From: Callorhinchus milii
Lineage: Eukaryota
Assembly (NCBI RefSeq): GCF_018977255.1
Contig: NW_024704742.1
Span: 9,054,001 to 9,118,000 of the forward strand
Direction: 5' to 3'
DNA length: 64,000 nucleotides
Shown here: piece by piece, positions 1 through 13,193 of the stretch
How positions within the stretch are numbered: the stretch's first letter is position 1
How the letters are laid out: the number at the start of each line of letters is the position of its first letter
Translations under genes and position numbers: made by a program
Notes under the pieces: model-generated
The model's input: the letters and a program-made list of their open reading frames with translations, nothing else
What the model was told of the DNA's origin: nothing
Database searches by the model: none

Positions 1-382
1 GAAAAGCAGATTAAAAATCAAACAAGAAAAATCGGGGCTCTCTTTCTCTCCCATTCTTGGCAGTACCACTGAAAAACGTGGGAAGAGAAGCCACTGATAA
101 GTTTTCAAGCAGAACAGCCTTGACAAGTTTACCTCCACATCAAGGTAATCTCAGTGTAACAGTGGTTGCGCTGTGGAGGGCTGGTTAACCACAGAACAAG
201 AGGTACACAATTATGCTCACTCTTCAGGGGGAAATATTTCGTCCTCCACTTGCGTGTTGAGATGAAGCATTGGTCATAGGAATATGTAAATGACAATAGG
301 TTAACCCAAATTAGGCTCAAAGGGTCAAATGGCCTCCTCCTGTGAGTGATTCATAAGAATTCTAAGCTTCTATTGTCCATGA

Positions 383-745
383 TAATAATAATAATAATAT
401 TTCTTGCATTTGATATCGTGCTTTATCATGTCTTCGAGACGTCTCAAAGCGCTTCACAGAATATAATGTACTTTATGGGCGAAACCCGGCAGCCATTTGC
501 ACACAGCAATGTCCCACAAACAGTCATGAATTGAGTGACCAGTTTATTATTATTTTTTGTGGAAGGAATTATTATCCCCAGAAAAGCGATCCACCAATCA
601 ACTAACAACCAGACTCCTACTTACTGTTAGGTAAACAGAGGCGTGTGGAGTAAGGAAACTTGCCCAACATTTCACTCTGCCGGGAATCGAACCCAGCCCT
701 CTCGCTTGCGAGACAAGTGCACTAACCACTGAGATACAGGATTCA
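383..745 (-). mobile_element. SINE-A (tRNA-Ala head, CORE/Meta-like middle, Deu/L2-type tail), near full length
   Basis: Reverse complement matches the in-window consensus GGAGTCCTGTAGCTCAGTGGTTAGAGCACTCG...TATCAAATGCAAGGA(TTA)n. Confidence 0.9.
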
Positions 746-1629
746 AATTAGCTTCCTACACACAAATTCATTTTCATCAGATTGCTGAACATTGCCACAC
801 TGACAAATATCACTTTTAATTTGATTTCAGCCAATCCTAACAATAAGACACTGATTTAGTTGTGCTGTATGTCTCTGAGCTGCTTGATGCCCTTACCTCC
901 TTTACTGTCATGTAAACTTCTCAGCAGAAAGCCGATTTTGATATGAATAGCTTGGTGCAATATTCTAAAAGATGTGTCTGGCAGCAGCCCAAGTTTTGCA
1001 TGCAGATTTCGAAGGGAAATGTTATTCACAACAGATTTCAAATCTGGTCATTTAATATTTGATAGATGCATATAGTAACATTATCAGTCACCCAGGAACA
1101 TTCTGTTTTGGGTTGTTTGCTCAATTAGATGAGCAACATGTTCAATCAGCCAGTTAGATCTGTAATACAGCAAGCGGTGTTCCAACAGGAACCTGCTTAT
1201 AATCAAAAGCTTCGTCAATGTCAAGATGTAAATTGGTGCCCTGAGGTTAAGTGAATATGTTCGAAACTAAGGCAGACATCAAGAAATCTGAATATTAATA
1301 GCACATCTGATAAATTCTGAGCTATACCTTAGAATTCATTGGTCTGTATCATTGGCTTGAAATGTTGACAATTTGATTGCTTCTTTGGTGAAGGTAATTC
1401 CTCTCCTTTTAAGGCCCATGATGTGCCCATGATGTTATTAATATATAATAAAACAATCAGTGCATTTGATATAGCAACTCTAATGTCAAAATGTCTCAAA
1501 ATGTCTCAAAATTCACAGGTAATGGCTGACAAGAATAGCGACTGAATTTGTAGGCAAACACAGCAGATAATTAGCACATAATCAGCTCCCGCAAACAACC
1601 ATATAGTGAAATATAAGGAGAGAAAAAAG

Positions 1630-1790
1630 TACATCCACGACTGTTTGTGGGACTCTGCTGTGTGCAATTAGCTGCCGCCTTTCGCCCACAACTCTTACAG
1701 TCAATTCACTTTACAGCATGTTCTGTGAAACGCTTTGAGACGTCTTGAAGACATGATAAGGCGCTATATCAAATGCAAGGATTATTATTA
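1630..1790 (+). mobile_element. SINE-A 3' half
   Basis: CCACGACTGTTTGTGGGAC...GGCGCTATATCAAATGCAAGGATTATTATT. Confidence 0.85.
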
Positions 1791-1799
1791 TATCAAATT

Positions 1800-1970
1800 T
1801 ATCTGGGCATTGTTGGCCAGGACACTGGGAGAAATGCACTTCTTTTTTTGAATAGTGTCTTGGGATCTTTAACGTACACCTGAACAGGCATCTTAACTGA
1901 AGGATGGTACACCTCCAGCATTGCATTGAGTGTCAGCCTAGACTATATGAGTTCCAAGTCCCAATGTGGG
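1800..1970 (-). mobile_element. SINE-B (DeuSINE/SacSINE1-like) fragment
   Basis: Reverse complement contains CAGGTGTACGTTAAAGATCCC...CCAGTGTCCTGGCCAACA (Deu-domain motif). Confidence 0.75.
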
Positions 1971-2314
1971 TCCAATAAAATTGTTCATTCACTTCATGGG
2001 TGCTTATGGGACATTACTCTATGTAATTTGTCTGCCACATTGGTCCACAAATACATCACTTGACAGTATATCCCTGTGAAGTGCTTTGAGACATCTCAAC
2101 AACCTGATAAGATGCTATATCAAATGCAAGGATTATTATTTTTACTTTTATAACATGAAAACTTTGGCTAGCCTGGAAGAGGGAATATTTATCATAATGT
2201 TTATTAAATAAACTATTGATAAACTGTGGATTTGTGACTGCAAAGTCTAGACAGACAAAAAAGACTTGGAATAACAAACTGTCTTTAATTATTCATAATA
2301 CCAAATATTGCATG

Positions 2315-2764
2315 AATATTTGACAGGCTGCTACTGGTAGCGCAAACTGCAGAAACATTTACTGACAAATTTATGAAACACCACTTCTCCAGATTTATGA
2401 ATATTAATACTGACAGTGTCGCTTTTATCCTGTGGATAGTCAGAGGACTGGGAACTGTAAATACTCCATTAAAAAGGGATTAGGTTTTTTTGCTGGAGCC
2501 TTGGCTATATTTCTCAGCTTTGGTTGACAACAGATAACTGGAATTTGTGAATTCCAATGCAAGGTCACATGGGGCAAGGCTTTGCCCACAGTATGGTAAC
2601 ATGTTAGAGCACTCACCTTGCAAGTGAGAGGAACTGGGTTCGATTCCCAGGCAGGGATGGGTTACCTTACTCCACACTCCTCTGTTTACTAACGGTAAGT
2701 AGGAAACTGGTTGTTAGTTAACTGGCGGATCGTTTTTCCGGGGGTAATAATTCCTTCAAATAAA
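2315..2764 (+). repeat. Copy 1 of a local inverted duplication (partner 6950-7403): ~290 bp non-SINE sequence plus a 5'-truncated SINE-A
   Basis: CTCAGCTTTGGTTGACAACAGATAACTG here; CAGTTATCTGTTGTCAACCAAAGCTGAG at ~7168. Confidence 0.9.
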
Positions 2765-3289
2765 GTGCTCAGTTGTGGTTGAGGATACAGTGAATTTATT
2801 GCCACACATGAGTGAAGACATCCATCACATAACATGACATATCATCTGTAATGGTTTCATTAGAATGAAAATGAACCAGTGCCTTTTTCTTGATCTAAAC
2901 AGGACTTATGCTCATGCAACCACCAGGAAGGTGGAAGGAGAACTAGATGGATCTTGGTCTTTTTTCATCTAGCATTTCTTATGTTCTTATATGTTCTTAT
3001 GTCTCGAGGATGCGATAAGGCGCTGTATCAAATGCAAGGATTATTTTTATTATTGAAGTAAAGGCAGAGAGCAGCACCATAGTGAAGGTGATTGATAGCC
3101 AGTCATGCTCTCCGGCCTCTGTTGCCTTTATTCTGCTGTTGACTTGGTATATGTGATCGGGGAGATGATGATGCTGACACCCAAGACTACGTGACAGTTT
3201 TTGCTCCAATTGTCCCAAGTTCATTGTGTGCTGGAACCTAACTGGGTGTAACAGGGAAATGGTGATGGGAACTGGTCTAAAAACAATTA

Positions 3290-3585
3290 ATTTTTTTTGT
3301 TCAGCCAATTGTCTGACACACGCGGAAACCCATCACCCAGTATCCAAACCAAGTTGAGATTTCCATGCATCCAACCTACACATGGAAATTCCAGAGATAG
3401 ATTGGTGAAATCGAATGCGCACTCTCTCCCTGGAGGGACTCATCCTGCTTACCTAATTTTGTAAAGATTTGGCTTGGGGAACCCAGAGTGTGTGTTGGGG
3501 TAACTGCTGGAGTCTAATCAGTTAAAACCGCACAGCTTGCCAATGATATTGCGGTCCGGCAAGCTTTCCCGCTGCTTGTCCGGGG
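3290..3585 (-). mobile_element. Family C unclassified structured repeat (putative SINE)
   Basis: Shares GTCTGACAC...GAAACCCATCAC...GATTTCCATG/CATGGAAAT...CTCTCTCCCTGGAGGG...GCTGGAGTCTAA with six other loci. Confidence 0.8.
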
Positions 3586-3650
3586 TGAGGGAACAGGAGA
3601 GATGGGCGATGGGGGGTTGAACGAGTATGGGGGTGAGGTGGGGAGAGTGC

Positions 3651-4000
3651 AGAGTCCTGTAGCATATTGGTTAGAGCACTCGCCTCACAAGTGAGAGGAC
3701 CTGGGCAGGGCAAAACATTGGGCAAGTTTCCTTAATCCACATGTCTCTGTTTATCTAGCAGTAAGTGGGAACCTGTTGTGAGTTGATTGGCGATTCCTTT
3801 TATGTGGGTAATACACCCTTCAAAATAAACAAATTTTAAAAGATAATAATTTGATCATTCAATCCATGACTACTTATGGGGCACTGCCATGTTTTGGCCA
3901 CAAAATATAGTCAATCAACTTTACAGTATGTGAAGCGCTTTGAGACGTCTCAATGACATGATAATGCGCTACATCAAATGCAAGGATTATTATTATTATT
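3651..4000 (+). mobile_element. SINE-A full length
   Basis: GAGTCCTGTAGC head through (TTA)n tail. Confidence 0.9.
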
Positions 4001-4304
4001 GATGACGTTGAAATGAATGTAAATTTAAAAAAACAATAAACTTACAGTGTAACACATGACAATAGTTTTTGAATGAAGCACTGACTGGAATGCAAAAACC
4101 TCCAGCCAGGTAGGATTTGGAATCACTCGGTTAGAACTATACAACCATAGAAATTTATGGCACCGATAAATGCCTTTCAGCCCATCATGCTGTGCCTGTT
4201 CCTTCAAAAACAATCCTTTCAGTCCCACTTACCTGCTCTTTCCCCATACGACTGTAGCTGACTCTTTTTAAGGCTAAACCTTTTTTTAAGGTTGATGACA
4301 TAAG

Positions 4305-4445
4305 ACAACAACAACTTGCATTTATATAGTGTCCTTCACGTGGGGTAGTGTCCCGGTGTGCTGTCTGACAGCGAGCCAGGGGGGGGAGGAAGGGGAGAGG
4401 AAAGGTGGGAGGTGACAATAAGCATGATCAAAAAGGAAGGTCGAT
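4305..4445 (-). mobile_element. L2 LINE 3' end (subfamily 1)
   Basis: Reverse complement ends CACTATATAAATGCAAGTTGTTGTTG. Confidence 0.7.
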
Positions 4446-5804
4446 GCTGTGATTTTGCTCTGAGCAAAAAGATAAATAGATTCATTCCTTCATTCCTAAG
4501 ACCAGATGCTGTTTCTGCAAGTCTGCCTCACACAGCAGCAAACACAATAACACTAACCCTAGCGGGTTTTGCATTCTATCCAGCACAGGTAGCACTCCAC
4601 AGGAGTGCCCTAAAAAGGAGGTTTTTTTTAGAACAAACAAAGCTGCCTATGTAATTTCCATTTAGATTAAGCTGCACACCGAATGAATGAGTGAATTGGA
4701 AATAGTACAATTATTGTGATTCCCTGGCCAGTCCACAGAGCTCCCAGAAGCTGTGGGCAGAAAGCACACAATTTGGACAGCGACATAGTTATCAGAACAA
4801 CAATTGTTTTGGATTTCCCATCAAACGTTCTCCAAATAAATGACGCAATCATTTACACTCACAGAGCAAGCTGGCTTTCATGTTCCAATCAGCTTGAATG
4901 TCGGCTCCAGCGTCCTGGGGAATGAATGCTTTACATAATCCAACAAAATCTGTATCACTTGTTCCAGTTCTCAAGTGAGTTTCATGAAGTGTTATTAGAG
5001 AGCGAGGCCTGAAATAAAACTTGGCTCTCTTTGTGTTTTGTGCTGTTCAGTACCTGGACTGCAATGATTCTTTTTACTGCTATGGTGCAGAGCTTGTTCT
5101 CATGAATCTAAATTTAAATTTGAGACAAAACTACGCCCAGTCCAAATTACTGTGTAATTTCAACATTTTTGTCCCTCGTAGAAATACTTAAAATAAAAAT
5201 AATTTGGTCACTCCATCCATGACTGTTTGTGGGACACTGTCATGTCACATCACCTGCCGGTGTCTCACCCACAAAATATTTTTCAGTGTTCACTTTACAG
5301 TATATTCTGTGAAGCTCATTGAGATGCAAGTTAACTGGTCGCAAAGATGACTCTGAGTTAAATGCACATATGTCTTGGTTAATGGTGCCCCAAAAGGTTT
5401 ATAATTCTTTTATCCTGATTTTTGTTCATCCTTTCACCCTTTGTTGCATTTATTCCTGCAGAGTGTTTAACACATTCTTGTTCTGTTGCACATCAATAAG
5501 TATTCGCGATTTGATGCCTTCTACATTATAATAATAATAATCCTTACATCTGGTATAGCACCCTTCATGTTGGATTGGATGTCCAAAGTGCTTCACAGGA
5601 TATGCTGTAAAGTGGAGAGACTGTGTGTTTTGTGAGTGAACATTCATTATAACAATCATGCTAGAAATTTGCAGAAATCTTGGTGATGTTTTTCAAGCAG
5701 TTTTTAAGACCATTCAAAAAGTACCAGATATATATCTGCTTTAAACACTACTGGAGGATATAGGGATAGGTACAGACTGGGACAAACGACAAGTGTACAT
5801 TTAT

Positions 5805-6095
5805 ATAATAATAATCCTAGCACCTTATCATGTCTTTGAAATGTTTCAAAGCGCTTCACAGAATATACTGTAAAGTGTATTGACTGTATATTTTGTGGGT
5901 GAAACGTGGCAGCCAATTGAGCACAGCAGTATCCCACAAACAGTCGTGGAGTAAGTGGCCAATTTTTTTTAAAGGAATTATTACCCCCGGAAAAGCGATC
6001 TGCCAATTGACTAAAACCAGGTTCCCACTTATTGCTGGATAAACAGAGGAGCATGGAGTAAGGCGAAGGCTCTAACCACTGAGCTACAGGACTAC
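5805..6095 (-). mobile_element. SINE-A with a deletion in the head
   Basis: Matches consensus middle and tail; ends CTCTAACCACTGAGCTACAGGACT. Confidence 0.85.
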
Positions 6096-6429
6096 ACAGT
6101 ATGCTATATAACGCCTTTCATAACAGCAGGATATCTCAATATGCTTTGCATTGCCGACTGGAGCCTTAGCTGGGGAACAAAGTAAGTACAGGGAATAATT
6201 TAATAGATGTTTTCAAAATTATGAATGGTTTTGTTACAATAAATAGAGAAAGGCTGGGATAAGAGTGCAGTGTTCCTTAAATCATGCCTTGTGTTAATTA
6301 GCACAAGGAACAAGTGTTAAGATACACTGCAAATTTTACACCATAATTTTCACTGATCATCAAGTCAGCAACATGAAGATTTAATATCAGAAGAAGAATG
6401 AGGGAGGTTAAAACACTTTGTGTAGACAG

Positions 6430-6760
6430 GGTTATTATACTTTAGGAAGGATGTTAGGGTCATAGAAAGGGTGCAGAGGAGATTTACTAGGATGCTGCCA
6501 GGGTTGAATGGTTTGGCCTTTGAGCCGAGACTCAGGAACGAGGCCTATTTCATTATAACAGAGATGTATGAGAGGAGACCTGATAGAGGGCTTTAAGATT
6601 ATGAGGTGTTTTGTTCGAGTTTATAAGGAAACATTATTTCCACCAGCCGGTGAGTCAGTAACTAGAGGGAATCAAATTAAAATAATTACCAAAGTGGTAG
6701 AGGAGAGATTAGGAGGACGTTTTTTTTACACAGGGAGTTTTTTAGGGTATGGATTGCTCT
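6430..6760 (+). mobile_element. CR1 LINE ORF2 C-terminal relic
   Basis: Translates to IERVQRRFTRMLPG...RGDLIEGFKIMR...TRG, typical of the CR1 ORF2 C-terminus. Confidence 0.8.
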
Positions 6761-6782
6761 ACTGGTGTAGTAGTCAAGGCAG

Positions 6783-7105
6783 AATAATAATAATAATCAT
6801 TGCATTTGATATAGCGCCTTATCACGTCTTCGAACATCTCAAAGACCTTCACAGAACATAAAATTAAAGTGAATTGAATGTATATTTTGTGGGCGAAAGG
6901 CAGTAGCCAATTGCAAACATTTGTGGATTGAGTGACCAAATTATTAAAATTTATTTTGTAGGAATTATTACCTTGAAAAGTGATCTGCCAAACAACTAAC
7001 AACCAGGTTCCTACTTACTCCTTGGTAAACAGAGGTGAGTGGTGTAAGGAAACGTGCTCAATGTTTCGAACCCAGGTCCTCTCACTTGCGAGGTGAATGC
7101 TCTAA
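6783..7105 (-). mobile_element. SINE-A, 5'-truncated at the same point as the copy at 2602
   Basis: Consensus match; junction GCTCTAACATGTTACCATACTG is shared with the 2.6-kb copy. Confidence 0.85.
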
Positions 7106-7572
7106 CATGTTACCATACTGGGCAAAGCCTTGCTGCGTGTGACCTTTCATTGGAATTCACAAATTTCAGTTATCTGTTGTCAACCAAAGCTGAGAAATAA
7201 AGCCAAGGCTCCAGCAAAAAAATAACTAATCCTTTTTTAATAGAGTATTTACAGGTCCCTGTCCTCTGACTATCCACAGGATATAAGAATTGCTGTCAGT
7301 ATTAATATTCATAAACCTGGAGAAGTGGTGTTTCATAAATGTTGTCAGTAAATGTTTCTGCAGTTTGTGCTACCAGTGAAATACCAGCAGACTGTTAAAT
7401 ATTTACTGGTAGGTAAGACCTGTATTAGCTTTCAGAGGTACGCAAACATATATCTATAAAGGAGAAATTTGTATGATTATAAGGATAAGAAGAAAAATGG
7501 GATTGAATGGATTGGTTTATGAAAGAGACAGTGCAGACACGATGGACCCAATGACCTTCTTCTGTAATTCTT

Positions 7573-7850
7573 CTGCACTTCCGCGATTCTAATGTGAAAT
7601 GCTCTACCCTCTAAAGGGCTGTTAAAACTAACAATAATATAATGTAATAATAATCCTTGCATTTGATATAGCGCCTTATCATGTCTTCGAGACATCTCAA
7701 AGCGCTTCATAGAATATACTGTAAAGTGTATATTTTATGTTTCACCCACAAAATATATAGTCAATTTTCTTTACAGTATATTCTGTGAAGCACTTTGAGA
7801 TGTCTCGAAGATGTGAAAAGCGGTCATATCAAGTGCAAGGATTATTATTA
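7573..7850 (+). repeat. Copy 1 of a second inverted duplication (partner 15631-15909) containing a back-to-back pair of SINE tails
   Basis: ATGCTCTACCCTCTAAAGGGCTGTTAAAACTAACAATAATATAAT versus ATATTATTGTTAGTTTCAACAGCCCTTTAAAGGGTAGAGCAT. Confidence 0.85.
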
Positions 7851-7859
7851 TATTATTTA

Positions 7860-8115
7860 TTGTATATATTGACTGCATATTTTGTGAGCAAAACGTGGCA
7901 GCTAATTGCGCATGGCAGTGTCCCACAAACAGTCGTGGATTGAGTGACCACATTTTTTTCTTTTAAGGGATTATTACCCCCGGAAAAGCGATCCGCCAAT
8001 TGACTAACAACCAGGTTCCTACTTACTGCTAAGTAAACAGAGGTGAGTGGTGTAAGGAAACTTTCCCAATGCTCCGCCCCGCTGGGAATGGAATCCAGAT
8101 CCTCTCGCTTGTGAG
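7860..8115 (-). mobile_element. SINE-A partial
   Basis: Consensus match. Confidence 0.85.
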
Positions 8116-8689
8116 GCAACAACAGCGTTTGCAAGGATATTGCATAAATACTTCAAAGAAAAAACGTTGATAGGTACCCGAAAATAGCAGGGCAACAGGA
8201 TTATTGTAAAATTATTGTAGACATCTCCAGTGAAAGAATTAGCACCAGCACAGACACATTGGGGCAAATGAGCCCTGTACAGTAAATATTTCATTATTCT
8301 GTGACACAACACTTTCTGTATGCCTAGTGTGAGAGAGACAGGAACTAAAAGGGCTTCTTGTCTATGGAGAGCTGGAGGCCACAATTAAACAGTGAAGATG
8401 TGAGGATGAATATTCTGGAGATTTTAGTTTAAATACCATGCGGCTTCAGGGAATATCTGTGCAATACTTTTCTCCAGGAGATGGAGGGATGAGAGTAAGT
8501 CTATGATACAGTAGGTTTGTGTGGCTGTGGAAGGAGTGAGCGCAATGGACTAAATATTTGTAATTCTTCCAGGCTTTCTTTTGTGTCCAGAGGGTTAAAT
8601 AACAATTGTAGACATTACAGGGCAACAGAGAGGGAATAACAGCTGGCCTCAGCATAATACAGATGTGCATGATTTGGTTCTGAGTCAGA

Positions 8690-8990
8690 GGGTTGTGGAA
8701 TCGAGCCCCACATTGAGACTTCGAACACATGTAGTGTAGGCTGACTATAATGCAGTGCTGGGGGTGTGCTGCATTGTCAGAGGTGCTGTCTTTCAGATGA
8801 GGTGTTGAACTGACCCGCCTGCCTTTTAAGCGCTTTGAGACGCCACCCTGCGTGGAGGGCGCTATATAAGTACAAGTTGTTGTTGTTCTTGTTGCTGCTG
8901 CCTGTTCAGGTGGAGGTTAAAGATCACACGGCACTATTTGAAAGGAGAATGGTGTTTGTTTCTGGTGTCCTGGCCAACAATCACCCAAAT
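8690..8990 (+). mobile_element. SINE-B, interrupted by an L2 tail (~8830-8895) and followed by a SINE-A insertion
   Basis: CTGAGTCAGAGGGTTGTGG...GCTGCATTGTCAGAGGTGCTGTCTTTCAGATGAG...AAAGATCACACGGCACTATT. Confidence 0.75.
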
Positions 8991-8994
8991 ATGC

Positions 8995-9311
8995 GGAGTC
9001 CTGTAGCTCAGCGGTTAGAGCACTCGCTTTGCAAGTGAGAGACCTGGGTTCGATTCCCGGCAGGGTGAAACCTTGGACAAGTTTCCATACTCTACACACC
9101 TGATAATAATCCCTCAAGAAAATAAAACAATAATAAATTGGTCACTTCAATCCACGACTGTTTGTGAGACACTGCTGTGCGCAATTGGCTGCCGCGTTTT
9201 GCCCACAAATATACAGTCAATTCTCTTTACAGTCTATTCTGTGAAGTGCTTTGGATGTCTAGAAGATGTGAAAAGCACTATATCAAATGCAAGGATTATT
9301 ATTATTATTAT
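8995..9311 (+). mobile_element. SINE-A short subfamily (internal deletion)
   Basis: CACACCT joins directly to (G/A)ATAATAATCCC; the CTGTTTACCTAGCAG...CCGGGGG block is absent. Confidence 0.9.
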
Positions 9312-10039
9312 TAAAATAAAAGTAGTCACTCCGTGGTTGTTTGTGGGATATTGCAGTCAGCAAATTGGTTGCTGCGTTTGCTCACAAAATGCACGCAATC
9401 GTCCACCTGAACGTCCACCTGAACAAGCAGACAGGACTTCGATTTGCCCAATTAATCCAGCTTGCAAATCTAGACTCCAGCTATCCCTGAAAGACATTGT
9501 CAAATTGTGGGTTTGTTTAGCACTCTCAGCTCACGGTTTTCTGTGTTTGAGACTGGATTCATTTGACTTCACTCCTGACGTAATCAGAAATGCCTGGCCT
9601 GCATTCAACCTCAAGTCTCAAGGGGCACAATTGACAAATGTCTGGAATCACTGCTGTCAATCACTCACATCAACTCAACCTACGTTTCTTTTGACTGCTG
9701 CAAGATCGCTGGCTTGGTATTTTATCGGCAAAAGTGCCCTGTGGAAAGACAGATTTGGGGGAAATAAATTTCAATTTATGCTATCAAGTTCTCGCGCAAA
9801 AGTTGGAAAAGTTGATAAATTGTAGCAAATAAGATACCTTCGGCTCACAAGATTCAAGCAATTACAATGCTTTGTAATGTATCAGCAACGTATCCAGAAA
9901 TTCTGCCTTGTCCCATCATTGTTCCGGCTAGCCGGGGTTTACCGTGTATTTGGTACAGTCCTTTCCAAAGACACGACAGACATTTCATTGAGAGGGCGTG
10001 TTCAAAACGAGGGGACACATAAATCCAAGTTGTTGTTGT

Positions 10040-10260
10040 TGGACACAATATAGGATCGCCAGTAGCTGATGTAAAAGGGGGTTTAGCAGGAACCTCTTTA
10101 CAGTGGGTGGTGAGAATGTGGAGCTCATTGCTGGAAGCTGCGGTTGAAGCAGAAAGGATCAATTTATTTAACAGGAAACTTATTGCATATAGGAGGGAAA
10201 AGAGACTAGAGGGGAGTAGGAGGGATGGAGGGAGGGTTGTGTGGAGTATAAACACCGGCA
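10040..10260 (+). mobile_element. CR1 3' relic
   Basis: GTGGTGAGAATGTGGAGCTC...GTGGAGTATAAACACCGGCA. Confidence 0.65.
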
Positions 10261-10779
10261 ATATCACCTCTAATAATGCAGCATTGGAGTTCCAAGTTCC
10301 AATTTGAGATTTGAACCCACATCCTTCTGACTCAGAGGCAAGAGTGCTGAGCCAGGCTGACACACTGAAATAACCCGCCCACAAAATATACAATCACTAC
10401 AGTTTGCATTATATCCTGTGAAGCGCTTTGAGATGTCTCAAAGACGTGATAAGGCATCATATCAAATGCAAGGATAATTATTATTATTATTATTATTATT
10501 TTCCAGTGCAATGCTGGAGGATTCCTACAAAATCAGAGGTACCACCCTTCAGAAAAGGAACCAAAAACCTAGATTCCATCTTCCTGAATACACAGATGCT
10601 AAAGAAGCCATGACGCTATTTGAGAAGAGAAGGTTTCTACTAGTAACACCGGCCAACTATCCCCCCAGTTAAAAACATTGCCATTCACTTTGTGGTTGTT
10701 TGTGGGACATCACTGTGCGCATATTGCTTGTGGCATTCAGCTACAAAATACACAATTATTACATGTACAGAAAAAGTAC

Positions 10780-11160
10780 AGCAACAACAACAACAAAATT
10801 ACATTTGTAAAGCGTTGGGAGGACATCCCAAGGTGCTGAACAGTCAGGGAATCAGGACTTAAGCGTGGGGGGCAGGGTTGGGATGTAGGAGGGCAGAAGG
10901 GGTAGGAGGGCAGCTGATGAAATGGTCAAAAAGGTGGGTCGTGCCTTGAAGGAGGCAAGAGAAGGAGCAAGGCAAAGGGATTGTGGGGTGGAGTTCCAAA
11001 GAATGGGGGCAGAGAGGCTGAAAGCCCGGCTGCTGATGGTTGGGTGGGTTGGGCAGGAGACCTAGAGCAGGCTGAAGCCTGATGAGCGGAGGGATTGGAC
11101 AGGTTAATAGGGGGTCAGCAGGTTAGAAATGTAGAAGGGGTCAAGGCCGTGGAGGCTGTA
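10780..11160 (-). mobile_element. L2 3' relic (subfamily 2)
   Basis: (CAA)n followed by ATTACATTTGTA and a purine-rich body homologous to 27928-28570. Confidence 0.75.
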
Positions 11161-11589
11161 CAGAGCATTGTTCTCGGTGCTGATTCAAATGCAATGGTTA
11201 TTATTATTATTTTATTATGGTGTGCTCTACTCAAATTAATCTCCTGATGACAGCTTCTGCAGTTTTCCCTGTTTTTCTAGTATTTAAGCAAATCTGTACA
11301 ATAACCTTCTTGCCTTTCAATCCACATTATTCATCATTCACGTTTGAATAGTTGTTCTCCCTGCTGGGACATTGTCAAGGTTTCAGCAGTTCACAAACTC
11401 CTGCATTTTCACTAAACATTTAATTTTTTTTCTACGATTTTCGCTGAAACATTCAATCTTGTTCCGAACCATTCCACTTTATATTAATTTACCTGCTTTG
11501 CCAGGGTGCTTAGAAATGTACAGAATTTTGGCGTAAAAAAATTGTCTGGGTCCATAAATTTATTCTGACCAAACATAAAAAAATGTTAT

Positions 11590-12010
11590 TCTCGGTTGGT
11601 AGCACTTTCATCTGTGAGTCAAGTTATGGGTTCAAGCTGCATGTTGGGATTTTGAACCCATAGTCAAGACTGACACTCCAATACAGTGCTGGGGGAAAGC
11701 TACATTGTCAAAGGTGCTATCCTTTGGATGAGACATAAACTGAAGTCCTACCTTTCGGTTCAGGTGGACATTACAGATCTTTTTATATTTTTAAAACAAA
11801 AGGAGTTTCTCCCAGTGTCCTGGCCAACAATCCTCTAGATAAAATTGATTATTATTCACTACACGGCTGTTTTTGGGACATTATTACCTGCTGCGTCCGT
11901 TCACCTACAAATACACAGTCACTACACTTCATCGTAAATCCTGTGAAACTCTTTGAGACATCTCGATGACGTGATATGGTACAATATCAAATGCAAGGAT
12001 TATTATTGTT
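11590..12010 (+). mobile_element. SINE-B full length (DeuSINE/SacSINE1-like)
   Basis: tRNA-like head CTCGGTTGGTAGCACT...GGGTTCAAG, Deu domain GGATGAGAC...CAGGTGGAC...GTGTCCTGGCCAA, L2-type tail. Confidence 0.8.
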
Positions 12011-12772
12011 ATAACACGAGATTATCTGTTCTGTTAGAGCAGGCTCCCTATTGATTGTTGTGATGTATTACTTATGAAATCTCTATTTGTGCAAATTAGA
12101 TTCCTTATTAAAGAATTTTTTTGAGAAACACAGCAAAATAGACCCCAAAATGATGGGAGTACATGGTAGATCATAACATTTATGCAAAGGGGATTATATG
12201 TGTATTGCAATGGGATGATGGCAAGGTAAAACATTTCAATCCAATTCCGGGACCTTCTCTGCTCAGAGTAACTGTGTAAACATTCAGCGGTTGAGAAAAG
12301 GGCAAAACAAGTTAATGACATTTCTTCCCAAAGGTGGGACGTGCTGTTTCTAAGTCTGTGACCATAGTAATTGAGGGCCTTTTCCATGTACCGAGCTATT
12401 GGTTCTTGAGCAAAGCAATTCCTCTTTCATCAGATACACCCCACAAACAGTGCCCATGCATAGATATTACACATAAAAGACTCTTCTCATCCGATGTCTG
12501 TGTGCTCAGGTGCATTTAGAATGATTCAGGCTTCTCTTGTATCTCTCGTCTTTTCCCAAATGGTTTTGAAAATAAAACAGTCTTTATGTTTTGCTGTTTC
12601 AATAAATGTCAAAGATAAGTCATGGTCAGAAATGGCAGTTGCGAGGATACCAAACCTGTATATGTTGTGACACTCCCCTTCCCTTCCCTGCGTGCCTCCT
12701 CCAACTTGTTGTATTGTAAAAGCCACCCACACACCACCAGCTCGGATGTCCTGTATGTTGGATGTCCTTTTT

Positions 12773-13085
12773 GGAGTCCTGAGGCGCAGTGGTTAGAGCA
12801 CTCGCCTTGCAAGTGAGACACCTGAGTTCAATTCCAGGCAGGGCGAAACCTTGGGCAAGTTCCCTTACTCCACACACCTAATAATAATCCCTCCAAAACA
12901 AAACAATAACAAATTGGTCATTTTCAATCCACGACTGTTTGTGGGACACTGCTGTGCGTAATTGGTTGCCGCGTTTTGCCCACAAATATATGGTCAATTT
13001 ACTTTGCAGCATATTCTGTGAAGCGCTTTGAGATGTCTCGAAAATGTGATAAGGAGCTATATCAAATGCAAGGATTATTATTGTT
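12773..13085 (+). mobile_element. SINE-A short subfamily
   Basis: CACACCTAATAATAATCCCTCC junction. Confidence 0.9.
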
Positions 13086-13193
13086 ATTTATATTACTATA
13101 AACGCTATATCAAATGCAAGGATTATTACTATTATTATATTATGTCCAGCCGGCATTTGTCAAGTGCTTTGAGGTGTGCTCCCGACTATTTGT

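Noticed and set aside
9073..9825. Longest ORF (250 aa)
   Set aside because: Starts at TTG inside a SINE-A and reads through a (TTA)n tail (IIIII) and SINE-B; the remainder has no recognisable domain or splice context
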